64,000 nt of DNA from Oculina patagonica (lineage: Eukaryota), in assembly GCF_052425735.1 (NCBI RefSeq), contig NC_135769.1:16926001-16990000 (forward strand), read 5' to 3'. Below the pieces are notes generated by a model. It made no database searches. It saw only the letters and a program-made list of their open reading frames with translations, and was not told the origin of the DNA. This document shows positions 48,504 to 60,832 of the stretch, in pieces. The first letter of the stretch is position 1. Every line of letters begins with the position of its first letter. A program made the translations under genes and the position numbers.

Positions 48504-49792
48504 TTACAGACTTGTTTCTGTGTTATTATTGGGTTGTACTCTTGCATAAGCCTTCAAAGTTTCGATAGTTGCTAAAGCACCTAAAGCTTCCTCAGTTCTC
48601 ACATATTCCTGCAGACAAGTTGAGAACTCAGTCCCCGTGGCCCCCGCGGCCCCTGTTTCTTCATATCGCTCTGTAATTTCTGTGCATGTGGCCGTTTCTA
48701 TATTCCCTATGTCTGCTGCAACGCCTGAAAATGTCAAAATCTTTCTTCTGGAATTCGCTTTGTTAAGTGCGATTGCTTTCTTGACCATCTCTTGTTTGAA
48801 TGCTGAAGAAAATGAGACTGGTTGTTCTTTTGTGTTACGCGAAGAGTGCCCAGATCCAATGATTGGTTGTCCTGTTGTAGGCCCAACACGCACAACAGCT
48901 GCTGTCCTCTGGCTGTGTGACTTTTCTTGCACAACAACATATCACGGAGATGTTCACGGAAGCTTTTTATCCGAATGCTGTACAACACCGGATTAATACA
49001 GCAGTTGAAGGTGGCTAATAATGTAAAACTCTTGTCGTACCACGAACCCATAACCTCTCCACCCCAGAATGTAATGACGTAAGCTATCAAGTTCGGAATC
49101 CAGGAGACTGCGTAGATCACGCTGACCGTAATCAGCGTTATGGTAACTTGCTTTCGATACCGATGCGAAGCCCTCTGGGAAGCTTCCATATTCTCGACTG
49201 GCTTGAACCACAAGTGCTGCACTACTCTGGAGTACAGGTATACCATGATGCTTACAGGGACTATGCCTGCTAGAACCATCCAAACCAGACTGCCTATTTT
49301 GGCCTCCACGTAGCCAAAATTACCGTCACGTTTGCACAAACGTAGGTCGGGTCGATAATATCTGATTTCTATAAAGCCATGCATTTGCATCAAAATAGCA
49401 AAACTTCATCCAAGGACGATGAAGACTTTCAGACGTCGCTTTGTAAATCTACCGCGCTGGCGAAGTGGATGAATAATGGCAAAATAGCGTTCCACAGCAA
49501 TGTAGACCAAGCACAGAACGGACATAGCACCACCAACCCACGCTATAGTTCCGTCTGTGAAAAATTTACACAGGTATCGGCCTGTCTGTCCTTCGGGGTG
49601 GACAATGAATGGCATCATAATGTACTGAATACTTATGGCTAAGGAGAGAATCATGTCGGCGACAGCCAAATTGACCTGTAGATAATTGAGTGTGGTCTTC
49701 ATGGGCTTGTTGACAAGGACAGTTAAAATGACCAGCGTGTTGCCGACCAGGGATATAAGTAAAAGGATTGATTGCACCACGATAAATATCAT
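48504..49792 (-). pseudogene. GPCR copy 10, nonsense at conserved TM4 Trp plus C-tail frameshift
   Basis: GGA TGG to GGA TGA at 49406-49408, in frame with ORF 48734..49393; 1-bp deletion near 48903. Confidence 0.85.
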
Positions 49793-49984
49793 CTTAACAA
49801 GAATTCAGAGTCACTTTGATCTAAAAGTGAAAACACATAGTGAGAGACTAATGATAGCTGTCTCACTAAAAGCAATCAGTATGGATATTGCACATTCATC
49901 AGTCACCTACATAGACTAAATATCTAAGCCAAGTACATCGATTTTACCACAATAAAAATAACATAACTAACAGGAGATTAGGAA

Positions 49985-50755
49985 CATAGGCGTACGGGCA
50001 CCTTCGGACCTGGGGGGGGCGGAGACCTTATTGCCCGAAAAAATTCTGAAAAATGACATGCGTTTAAAGTCGAATAAAGAAGCATATAAAAATAATGGAC
50101 AAAAAACGTGAATTGAAATAGTTGCGTACAAACCTTGCTTGGTTAAAGGAAACGATAGTTTCGTTGTGCTGCCCGAAGATCAGTCAATGCACTGTATCCT
50201 TTTTCTTCGGAAATTCCACTCCAGATCAACAAAAATTTTAATGTTTTTGGGGAGCCAATTTACATTGTTTTTGCCCCACATGTAAGTTATACAAAAGTGA
50301 ATGAAACATTCAGGGTTAAATAGGGTATAACATTTCATTGAAAGTTTTGAGCTAGCGCTTAGAACTTACTGATTTGAGTCAAAAGCATTAGCTTATCACA
50401 TTTGTAACAGCTTTGTTCCAGGTCTTACACTGGATCCACCACGCGCAAACGTTCAAGCTATATGAAAAAGCCCACCTTCTGGTCGCCAGAAGGTGGGCAA
50501 TGATTGCAATTAAGCAATCTGGGAGCAGTGTTACGCAGAATTTGCAAGAAAATAGAACATGATTATAGTAATTTTCGAGAGGAAACGAAAGCAGATAAAT
50601 GAGAAATTTAGACTTTTAAACCACAAATTTCGGTATATTTCCAATACTTTTTCTGTTTATTTAATTCGTTTTGATCGTTATGTTGAGATTTTGTCGGCTT
50701 ACTTCCCGCCTCGCCCCCCCCCCCCCCCCCCCCCCCCTCGCCTCGTACGCCTATG
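49985..50755. mobile_element. hAT-type non-autonomous element
   Basis: TIR CATAGGCGTACG; TSD ATTAGGAA/ATTATGAA; empty site at ~38198. Confidence 0.88.
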
Positions 50756-50987
50756 ATTATGAAATTACAAAAAGTGATAATATTATACCCATCTCGTAGC
50801 TTTTTCTTATTTCTTGAACGAGGAATACCAGCAAATAACGAATCCCTATAAATCCCTTTCACATTCTGTATTGGTTCGGTGGTCCCTATTGCAAATACAT
50901 TACTGTGTTTTGGAGAAAAATTATAATTCATACTTCGACTATTAAAAGAAGTTCGGAAGAAGATTCTGTAGTAATTCCTTCCAACTA

Positions 50988-52656
50988 CAGTACTTACCCG
51001 CTTATAAGAACCTGCAATTTAAGAACCTGTTAGCCTTAAAATATCAATTTAGACCCATTTACATAAGAACCTATTAAGCCTAAAATTTGAAACAGGTTTT
51101 TATAGAAACGTTCTTATAGAAATTAACCTAAAAAAACAACTTCATGCAAAAAAACATAACTCGAAAGTTAAGTAGTGAACTTGAACATGTATACACTTCT
51201 AAATTAGGCGACTTTTTGGCTTAATAAACAAGTTTGACTAGTGAAAGTTGCTTATTAAACAAAAAAGACTCTGTTTTAGCATTAAATTAATATACATGCG
51301 ACCTTTCTACCATTCACAGGTGTATAATATATTTCTCATTAAATAAGAAGCTATTTAAGAATCTGCGTAGCCTAAAATTCCACTAAGCACCATAGGCGTA
51401 CGGGCCGGGGGGGCAGGGGGGGCTGCAGCCCCCCCAAATTTTGGGCAACTCAGATTTTTTGGGCAGCAAGAGAAATTTGGGCAAAGCCAGTTTTTTAAGA
51501 AGTTTTTTCTTCGAAGGGATAGATTATTCACACAAGACAGTGATTGCTTAGCACCTGACGAGTTTCTGGTTAAAAGTGAAGGGGGTCATTTGTTGATATT
51601 CATATTTGTAAATTTTTACTGTTGGGCACTGTTATGCAAATATCTGTCACAGTTAAACACCTGTTAAAAAGAAAGCTTCTCCGTGTTGCTAAATTTTTAC
51701 AAAATCGACGGCGAGATTCTGGAAGCAGAAAATGTGCGCAAGTTTTCGTCGTTTTCGCGGATTAGGCTACATGACTGTTTCATAAATACTATTTAAATTC
51801 TAGCGACAATGCAAGAAAATGATCTATTTGATAAGTTTTCAGAGTTTTCTTACGTGGTTCATATCCATGCAGTGATACCTGATACGTACATCGTGTTCTG
51901 CACAACGATCATTTAGTGTGTTTCACAGATTGAAAACTTACCTCTGCAGCACCTGATGGGACGACAACGTAAAAAAAAACCCAAATGTTTCTCGTCCCCG
52001 CCTGCTTCATTTTTTGGGGCCGCCACTCTTTTTTTATTTTTTGGAAAAGTTAGAACGAACAAAAACCAACCATGTTTACTTTCACTTTGTACGGAGTAAG
52101 ACTAGGTCCGTACTGGATAGGTCAATTACCTTGCAGGATTTAATTATAAAGTTCGCTTCTGGCCAGGAGAATTTGACGATGGAGGAAAAAAACATCGATA
52201 TTCGAACAACACGGGTATGAAATGCAACAAAATAATCAATAATTAAAAAGAACAAAATATGCGCCCGCCCGCTCTCTTTTTCATAGAAATCCGGACGAAA
52301 AACATTTATTTATTATTACTTGTCATCGCACTTGTATTAGCATTTAATGGGCATATTCCAACTTTGTAGTCAACAATGACATGGATCTTATCGTTAATAA
52401 CTTCGGCCGTCGAAATGGTAGAGTTATATGAGCTCATATGATAGATTCTATGATAGATGTTAGTGCATCGTTTGACCCTCGTTTCTTCTCGACTGTTTGG
52501 TAAAAATTTGGGCAACAAGCGAAAATTTTTTGGGCAAATGTCTCGCCGCCCCCCCTGGCAAAAAATTGCCCGTACGCTTATGCTAAGCACCATTTACATA
52601 AGAACCCGTTTAGGCTAAATTTGAAAAATTGGGTTCTTATAAGCGGGTAAGTACTG
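50988..52656. mobile_element. Tc1/pogo-type non-autonomous element carrying nested insertions
   Basis: 25-bp TIR CAGTACTTACCCGCTTATAAGAACC, TA TSD; empty site ccaactatagc at ~38425. Confidence 0.9.
51391..52582 (+). mobile_element. Nested hAT element with decayed dimerisation-domain remnant
   Basis: TIR CATAGGCGTACGGGC/GCCCGTACGCTTATG; TSD CTAAGCAC; SAQRSFSVFHRLKTYLCST at ~51897-51955. Confidence 0.88.
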
Positions 52657-54557
52657 TATAGCATCCAAAGTAACAACGAGGGTCTTTATTTTTGAAACTT
52701 AACGATATCATATAATACGAAATTTTGCGCTGGAGCCTACTTACGATTTCTCGAATGGCGGCAAATGGTAGAGCACACCTTGAAAGCACTGTGTTGGTGA
52801 AAGAAACGCTTCAGTGACATATAGCTTTGGTTTGGACAAATTCATGGCCTCGAAAACCTTTCGGCCCTTTGATGTACAAATAGCCTAAACTTTATTTCAT
52901 AATTCTCTTACTTGAAGTTGACTGTTTGTTTGTTGTTTGTTTGAGAAGGACTGCGATTGACTCAAGTTCCAAACAAAAGTAAACAAAAAAGGCACATGAA
53001 GAAATAATAAGATTACTCAGCGGTACTTTTTATCTATTGTTACTGATGCTGATTAAATATCTCTCATTTTTATTTATATACTTTAAAATTATACTCCTTT
53101 GCTTGGTGCTTGGCTTCACAATCACTGTTCACGAAGAGTTATATTTTTGTAAAACGAGCTTTTCTGGATTTTAATAAACAACGAAATCTTCGACCAAGAT
53201 TGAAAACATGCACATGAGTACTTTTCTTCCTAACAAAATTGTTCAGAAATCTATTAATGCAAATATTATTTTTTCGTGTTTTCTATTTCCGTAAGAATAA
53301 GCACTTTTTGATTACTTTGCCATCCTGCGGAGGTTTTATTGGATTTTTCATTTTCACAAAACAAAAAGCCTTTTATAAGAAGCTCTACACACGCGAACGG
53401 TAATTGTACACAGGAAACAAATGCATTAGACTCCTGTCAAGGTTTATACAATTTAGTTCCTCTCAAGAGGGAAAACACTCATTGATCGTGGTCATAATAT
53501 TGTACACTCCCCAGGTTTAGGACTAAACGGTTCAAGGGGTCTTTTATAAAGAGATGTGTTTTCTATTTGTGTAGAACTTTATTATTGAATTGGCATCGAT
53601 GGCCTTTTGGTAACTTTCATCTTTTATGTATTGTAAAATTATTGCATAAAGTAAACTGAGTATATAGGTGCTGTTAATAAAACCTTGTATTGACTTCCGT
53701 CTGCCAGGATTCGACAAATCTATTATTGTCATTTACATTCTGGAAGCGCAGATCTAATTCATCGACAACTCGGTTCTCTTTGTTCTTGGTCTGTATGCGC
53801 CGATATGTCAATCATAACAATTGACTGACGTCTTGAAATTAATATAGTTTTGTCAGCCATTAAAAGGAATGTGACTTTCTCTTTCATTCGCTACCTTTTT
53901 CTTCTTCTTGCATAAATAAGTAAAACAAGGAAATGCAGTACAAAGAGTTATATTTACTGTATTACTTTACTTTAATTAGACTTTATATTTAACCTGGGAG
54001 TTATTGACAAATTTATTAGTCAAGAGCAAGGTAGGCAATGACAACAATGATGAAAGCGAATTTATATGCAGTGCTTTTTCTCGTTTTGGAAATCACTAAC
54101 AGAAGGTCTAAGAACCCCACAACGCTTATACTCATACGGCTGCTTTTATATCTCGGGTCTACTTTTCTAGACTAAGTTTTCTTACTGACTGAGTTACAGA
54201 CCACAGACATACTTTGTCCAGCAAGTGTTTTTTCTTTCATAAAACGGATAACGTTTAAAAAAAACACCAACCTCCTTACTTTTTAATTTAGCAGTCTTTT
54301 TATACCGCTACGTATGGTCTTTATCATAACTCAATACTTCGCTGCAAAACCTTCGCAGAGAACATGAGCAAGTTAGTAGTATGGAAGGCTTGTTTTAAAC
54401 CACTTTTTTTGAGCAGGATCTTATTAGCGTGAGCAGGGATACATTAACTGGGTGACGTCATAGAACAGTGAATAAAATGCGGTGGGTTTAATTAAACTGT
54501 GGGTGATTTCATGTTCTATTCTTCCCTTTGTTGATATAACCAGAGTCCAGGTTTGTC

Positions 54558-55810
54558 ATGTTTTATTTTTTTTCTTGGCTGGTATAACCGGGTTGACAGG
54601 ATTTACTCTTTGGATCACAGTAGCGGTTCAATTATCATTATTATTGTATTATGGGCATCAGTACTAGTTGCATTGTTTTTCATTCTATTTGAAATCCCTG
54701 GAAGAACCATTAAGCATGTAATTATGCAACTTTCTTATCGCATAGATTATCAATTCAAGCATCATTGTTTTCAATAAAAGGCTTTATACTCGATGCGCTA
54801 GAGTGAAATCAGTGATAAAAGAGTTTTTAGTCCTAAGCAAAAACATTTGCAAAATTTCTTTTTTCTCCATCAAAATTCTTTTGCTTGCCACCGCCACGAT
54901 TCTATTGTCCTGCACCACCACCACCACAATTCTAGCCGCCCTCTCCTCCTCCTCCTCCTCCTCCTTAATTCTATTGTTTACCTCTTCCTCGTCTGCCTCC
55001 TCCTCCTCTACAGTGCTATTATTTTCTTTCTTCGTCCACAACCACCGCCACCACCACTACGACCGCTACCGTCACCACCGCGACCAGTGATTGTGGTGGT
55101 AGCAGTGATTATGGTACAAAAAAAATTGTGTTGGCAGTGGTGGTGGTGGTGTGTGTTCGTGGAGGCGGTGCAGGAGGTGGTGGTTGCGGAGGAGGAGGAG
55201 GAGGAGGAGGAGGAGGAGGAGGAGGAGAAGGAGGAGGTGGTGGAAGTGGTGGTGGTGGTGACCGTAGCGGTGGTGGTGGTGGAGGTGGTTGTGGACGAGG
55301 AAAACAATAGAATTGTGGTTCATGGAATTGTGGTGGTGGTTTAGGACAATAGAATCGTGGTGGTGGTGGCGGTGGTAGTGGTGGTGGCGGTGGTAAACAA
55401 TACAATTGTGGTGGTGGACATTATGCAATTTTTTTAAGCGCTTTTATCACTAATTTTACGCGCATCCAGTATAAAACCATTGTTTGAAGTTAATGATGTC
55501 TACATATGACAAGTCATGTCTGCATACCGTATTTTCTCAATTAAACGCCGGGCACCGATTAATCTCGCCGGGTCTCCAAGGTAGAGTGGTAAGTAAGCCT
55601 TTTAGGCATTTATTTGAGGTGTGTAATATGCTTTAGGTATGATGGCAAGATACATTCATGTCACAAATAATGTCTAAAAACCCTTGTTTAATAATCATTT
55701 TGCTCAAATAAACTGCACCGTTCAAATAAACGCCGGATCCAGAGAACCAAATTTGAAATAAACGCCGGGGGCGTTTAATTGATAAAATACGGTAATTACA
55801 AACTTTATGG
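54558..55810. repeat. Fold-back copy with centre deleted
   Basis: CCA arm joins TGG arm directly at ~55085. Confidence 0.85.
55527..55792. mobile_element. Tc1/mariner-type MITE (second copy at ~8925-9159)
   Basis: TA|CCGTATTTT...AAAATACGG|TA; empty site tgcataattac at ~41770. Confidence 0.82.
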
Positions 55811-55830
55811 CACCTAAAGCTTCCCAGTTC

Positions 55831-57009
55831 TCATATTTTCTGCGGGCAAGTTGGGCAAGCAGTCCCAGCTTCTCCTGTTACTTGTTTACTCTCTGTAAAT
55901 GTTGTGCATGTGGCCGTTTCTATTTTCTTTATGTCTGCTGCAGCGTCAGAAAATGTCAAAGATTTTCTCCTGGATTCCACTTCGTTAAGTGGTGTTTCCG
56001 ACGAGGTAATTTTTCCTGAGGAAAATGAGAATGGTGTTGATGCTGCTGTGTTACGAGCAGGTTCCTCACATCCATTGATTGGTTGCCCTGTTGCAGGCCC
56101 CACATGCACAACAGCTGCCTGTCCTCTTGCTGTTTGCTTTTTCTTGCACAATAGCATGTCACGGAGATGCTCACGGAAGCTTTTTATCCGCATGCTGTAC
56201 AACACCGGATTGATACAAGAGTTGAAGGTTACCGATAATGTACCACTCTTATCGTACCACGAACCCATAACCACTCCATCCCAGGATTTTAAGACGTAAG
56301 CTGTTAAGTTCGGAATCCAGGACACTGCGTAGATCAGGCTGACCGTAATCAGCGTTATGGCAACTTGCTTACGATAGCGTAGTGAAGCCCTCTGGGAAGC
56401 GTCCAAATTCCCGACTGGCTTGAACCACAAGTGATGCACTACTCTGGAGTACATGTATGTCATGATGCTTACAGGGACTATGCCTGCTAGAACCATCCAA
56501 GCCAGACTTCCCACTTTGGCCTCCACGTAGCCAAAGCTACCGTCACCTTTGCACAAACGTAGGTCGGGTCGATAATATCTGATTTCTATAAAGCCATGCG
56601 TTTGCATCAAAATAGCAAAACTCCATCCAAGGACGACGAAGACTTTCAGACGTCGCTTTGTAAATCTACCGCGCTGGCGAAGTGGATGGATAATGGCAAA
56701 GTAGCGTTCAACAGTGATGTAGACCAGGCACAGGATAGATACAGCACCACCAACCCACGCCATATTTCCGTCTGTGACAAATGTACACAGGTATCGACCT
56801 GCCTCTCCTTCGGGGTGGGCAATAAATGGCATCATAACGTACTGGATACCTATGGACGAGGCGAACATCATGTCGGCGACGGCCAAGTTTACCAGTAGAT
56901 AATTGAGCGTAGTCTGCATGGGCTTGTTGATGAGGACAGTTAAAATGACAAGCGTATTGCCGACCAGGGATATAAGTACAAGGATTGATAACACCACGAT
57001 GAATATCAT
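55831..57009 (-). CDS. GPCR copy 11, intact (392 aa)
   Basis: Full motif set; uninterrupted ORF. Confidence 0.93.
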   Translation of the reverse strand: MIFIVVLSILVLISLVGNTLVILTVLINKPMQTTLNYLLVNLAVADMMFASSIGIQYVMMPFIAHPEGEAGRYLCTFVTDGNMAWVGGAVSILCLVYITVERYFAIIHPLRQRGRFTKRRLKVFVVLGWSFAILMQTHGFIEIRYYRPDLRLCKGDGSFGYVEAKVGSLAWMVLAGIVPVSIMTYMYSRVVHHLWFKPVGNLDASQRASLRYRKQVAITLITVSLIYAVSWIPNLTAYVLKSWDGVVMGSWYDKSGTLSVTFNSCINPVLYSMRIKSFREHLRDMLLCKKKQTARGQAAVVHVGPATGQPINGCEEPARNTAASTPFSFSSGKITSSETPLNEVESRRKSLTFSDAAADIKKIETATCTTFTESKQVTGEAGTACPTCPQKI

Positions 57010-58645
57010 CTTAACAAGAATTCAAAACACAAAGAGAGTTTAATGTTTAGCTTTTTACCGGTACTAACTGGGAGAAATAAGAAAAGAAGCAGTAAAAAAT
57101 AATAAAGAAAAAATAATGCGCTGAAAATAACAGTCTCAAAAAGGCAATAAAATTTCACGGTTGGTGGTAAATCTCGATAAAATTGAAAGTAGTGAGCTGC
57201 TTAGATACTTGATGTTTTGTTTGGTGCTCGACCTGTCAAACAATATTCTATTGGGTCTGTTGTGATGAGGAATTCTCACTGAACCCGAACATTGCAAAAA
57301 GATCGGAAGAAGACCCTCTAATTCCTACCTCCAACAATTCTCTACAAAGACTTTAAGCGTCATATTAACGGTACAAATTTCCGCTGCCCAAAGTACCGAC
57401 TCTTCGAAAGTAGTAGTAGCGACCTTACGAAACCATGTCGGCGACGGCAACGAGAACGTTGCCAAACAAAAGGTTAAATGCGCGCAATAATGGGATAGCA
57501 TAGCACGTGCGTTATCCATCTTGGTACATTTCTTTGTCGACCTCTGAAAACTAACGACGTGAAATGACCAAAATTCTGCGTAGTCTGGAGAACGTGGATT
57601 TTTTGTGTTTAGAACTTCAGCGGCACCAACATGTTCAATTCGAGCTTAGTTTAGACACCAATGAACGCACTAAATAAATAACGATAGTTGCGATATTGTT
57701 AAGTAAAAAAAATCATTTTTTGGTAGACCTTGTCGACAGCGTCGCTGTCGTGGTTTCGAAAGGTCCCTAGTGCCCCTAAAATAGCAATGGAAAACGCTGA
57801 TACTTCCGAAAGCACCGAGGATCAATAAGAACTGTTACAGTATTGCCTACTAACTATTCTACGCATTGAGCCAAATGGTGCGGTACATAGCGTTGGTTCG
57901 GGCTGAGTTACTGCTTAAACCAGCGAGGGTGACGTATAAAAAGCTTTTATAGGCAAGCCTTCAAAAATGTTCATCTCTTCATGTTATAATATAATAAAGA
58001 ATCTCGATATTTCTTCATTCGCTTTCGATGTTTTTGTTTAATCTTGTTCGGAGCTTTAACAGCTGTAGTATTTCTCGAACCAAAATCCAAACAAACAATC
58101 AACTTTGACTCAGAAAATGATGATTAAAAATTGAAGCTTTTTGTACGTCGCTCATACATTTCGAACATTTTAGCTGTCACTCAAATCCTCTTAAAATCGA
58201 TTTTTTTTAAACTTACAGCCTTGATCCAACTCCTTGATCCTTGTAAATTAACGCTTATGAAGCAGTTTTTTCTATGACTGCCCCTGTGAGCAATCAAGAT
58301 GAAGCAAATCATGTTTTGTGATTGGCTAGCCGAGTGGTCAAGATGGTGCTATTTCGGGATGGCCGGTTATGTCGCTGCGGGAGAGAAAACCGTTTTACTG
58401 ACGTTGGTCCAAAAAGTTTTCCCTCGTAAATTTGCACTATGAAAAATATTTAATTTAAACGGCATTACAAAATCTTAGTAAAAAAATATGCTAAACGGGA
58501 TGAAGGACTAACTGAACAACTTAAGGATCAGTAACTTCTTAGTTTTGAAGGCGGTAGGTGTAAGCGTTTTAGTTTTGAGAATTGTCCGGCAAATTGAACA
58601 GAAGGCTTTTAACAAACACATTTGTTAGCTATTCTGACTCGCCAA

Positions 58646-58806
58646 ATAGTCCATTTTACAGTTGTTTGCCAAGTGACCTGGGCTTTGAATGGTAGTGAGG
58701 CTGGAGGTGACCTTGCATTGATACAAACCTCTCTGCTTTATCATGTAAATGCAAACTAGTTTGCATCAAAACAGCATGATTAACACAACAAAAGCAGTAA
58801 GGTCTG

Positions 58807-58851
<45 letters not shown>

Positions 58852-58884
58852 CGCCACTGAGCAGAAAACTGTAAAATGGACTAT
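58646..58884. mobile_element. Palindromic MITE (paralog of 4331-4569)
   Basis: atagtccattttacagtt/aactgtaaaatggactat. Confidence 0.78.
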
Positions 58885-60275
58885 TTTTCTTTGTCCCATG
58901 CTCGAGTCATGTCGAAAAAGGTCTTCTTCGTTATTTATCACCGAGCTCAAATTTACCATCTGCCGTTTATTAAACAACTCAATAATAAATAAGAAAGAGA
59001 CGATTCCTAGAACGGGGTATGATATTTTGAATGCAACAAGCCAGGATAGGGTATTAAAAATTGACCTATTTCTTAAACGGGGTATCATTTTGCATGTAAA
59101 TTCTTTAAAAAATAGTGTTAATTTGGAGTCCCGGCCGGCACATATCCAATTCAATATTCCACTCTGAAAGCAACAAACAAGAAGAGCTCTATGAAATCCA
59201 GAAGGACGGACGCAAGATGCATAGCAATATCTACATCTTACATTTATTAACGTTATCATGAATTGGATGTTTTTTGTGTACTTTTGAGGAAAGAAAAAAT
59301 GGGATTCGAGATAGCGATGAAAAAAAGTGCAGGATGCGGGATTTGCATGGAAAGGAGCGAAAATGCGGAATCAGGACCCGACCCACCCACTCCCCCCCCC
59401 CCCCCCCATATCCACTTTTTAAAACCTTATCACGACTAATTCATGCTATAAATATATCCTTTTTATGCTCTTTGCCTCTTTCATCTTGATATCTTACGCG
59501 GTAGCGCCTAGTATTGGCCCAGCTGGGCTAGCTGAGTGCTGTATGCCACGAAGATATATAGGCTACTACCAACTTAGTAATAATTCGGGCTGCGCTATAG
59601 CTAGTAGGCACGCCGCTCTTCATCATTCACATTATAATCACTAGTAAGAGTACGTAAGCATCAGAGAGATATGATAAGCGGCTTGTACATTAATCACAGG
59701 AGACTCGAAGTACCTTAATGTTACAGTGGTATTTCTTTGCGCCTGCATAAGTCTATATGTCTTGCTACAAATGCAACAGCTTGCATTATAATGCAATACC
59801 AAAACAGAAAAACTCCCCCCCCCCCCCCAATAACTTTGAAACTCCCTACGTCTGTTCGCAGTTCTAACAGCCCCGTGTTAAAATAAGTTTAATGCCGGAT
59901 GAGGCTTAAAATCAAGGCAAGATGCCGGATAGGAAAATACTGGTGGAAAAATAAATAAAATTGTTTTGGTGAGAAAGGAAGAGACGCCTTCCTTTTTGGC
60001 GGGTACGCAAAAAAAAAAATATAGGATGCCCTGAAATTATACGCGAGATGCGGGATCTAACACATCAAAAATGGCAACTACAGTATCAACAATCCATAAT
60101 TCTTTTTGCCCTATTTTATTCTTTTATAATTCTACACATTAGTAAACTATTATTTCATCGTTAACAGAATAAAAAAACGTAATAACATTGTGTAATAATT
60201 GTTGAAATATGCGTAACACAAGATAGCCCAAAGGGGCTTTGATTCTTCTTCTTGCAAAAATTAGTAAAAACCCAT

Positions 60276-60635
60276 GAAGTTATCAACAATGACACGAGCT
60301 TGGGACAAAGAAAAATTCTGAGTCCCCGACGGGAATCAAACCCATGGCCTCCCAGATACCAGTTGGGTGCTCTTACCAACTGAGCTACGAGAGACTCGTG
60401 GTGAGCTGGGCCATTTACTACGTTGATATGTGATACGCGTCCTGCATACTGCTAAGATCAGCAATGTGGAAATCATCAAGTCCAGCTCACCACGAGTCTC
60501 TCGTAGCTCAGTTGGTTAGAGCGCCCAACCGGTATCTAGGAGGCCATGGGTTCGATTCCCGTGCTCGTGTTATTGTTGATAACTTTATCTTCATTATTTA
60601 TCACCGAGCTTAAAATTTACCATCTTTATTATTTA
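60276..60635. mobile_element. Head-to-head pair of tRNA-derived family A repeats
   Basis: Minus copy ~60276-60480 and plus copy ~60484-60635 with A box TAGCTCAGTTGG and B box GGTTCGATTCC. Confidence 0.78.
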
Positions 60636-60832
60636 CTAGTTAACTTTATATTTAACATGCGAGTTATTGACAAATTTATCAGTCAAAAGCAACTTAGGTA
60701 ATGACAACAATGATGAAAGCGAATTTATATGCAATGCTTATTCTCGTTTTGCAAATCACAAACAGGAGGTCTGAGAGCCCAACAACGCTTTTACTCATAC
60801 GGCTGCTTTTATTTCTCAGGTCCACTTTTCTA

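Noticed and set aside
49406-49408. In-frame TGA as selenocysteine
   Set aside because: It replaces the conserved TM4 Trp, the gene has a second lesion, and no SECIS was recognised
60495-60565. Possible tRNA genes
   Set aside because: A and B boxes are present but there is no proper acceptor or anticodon stem, and they are embedded in a longer repeat; treated as SINE-like
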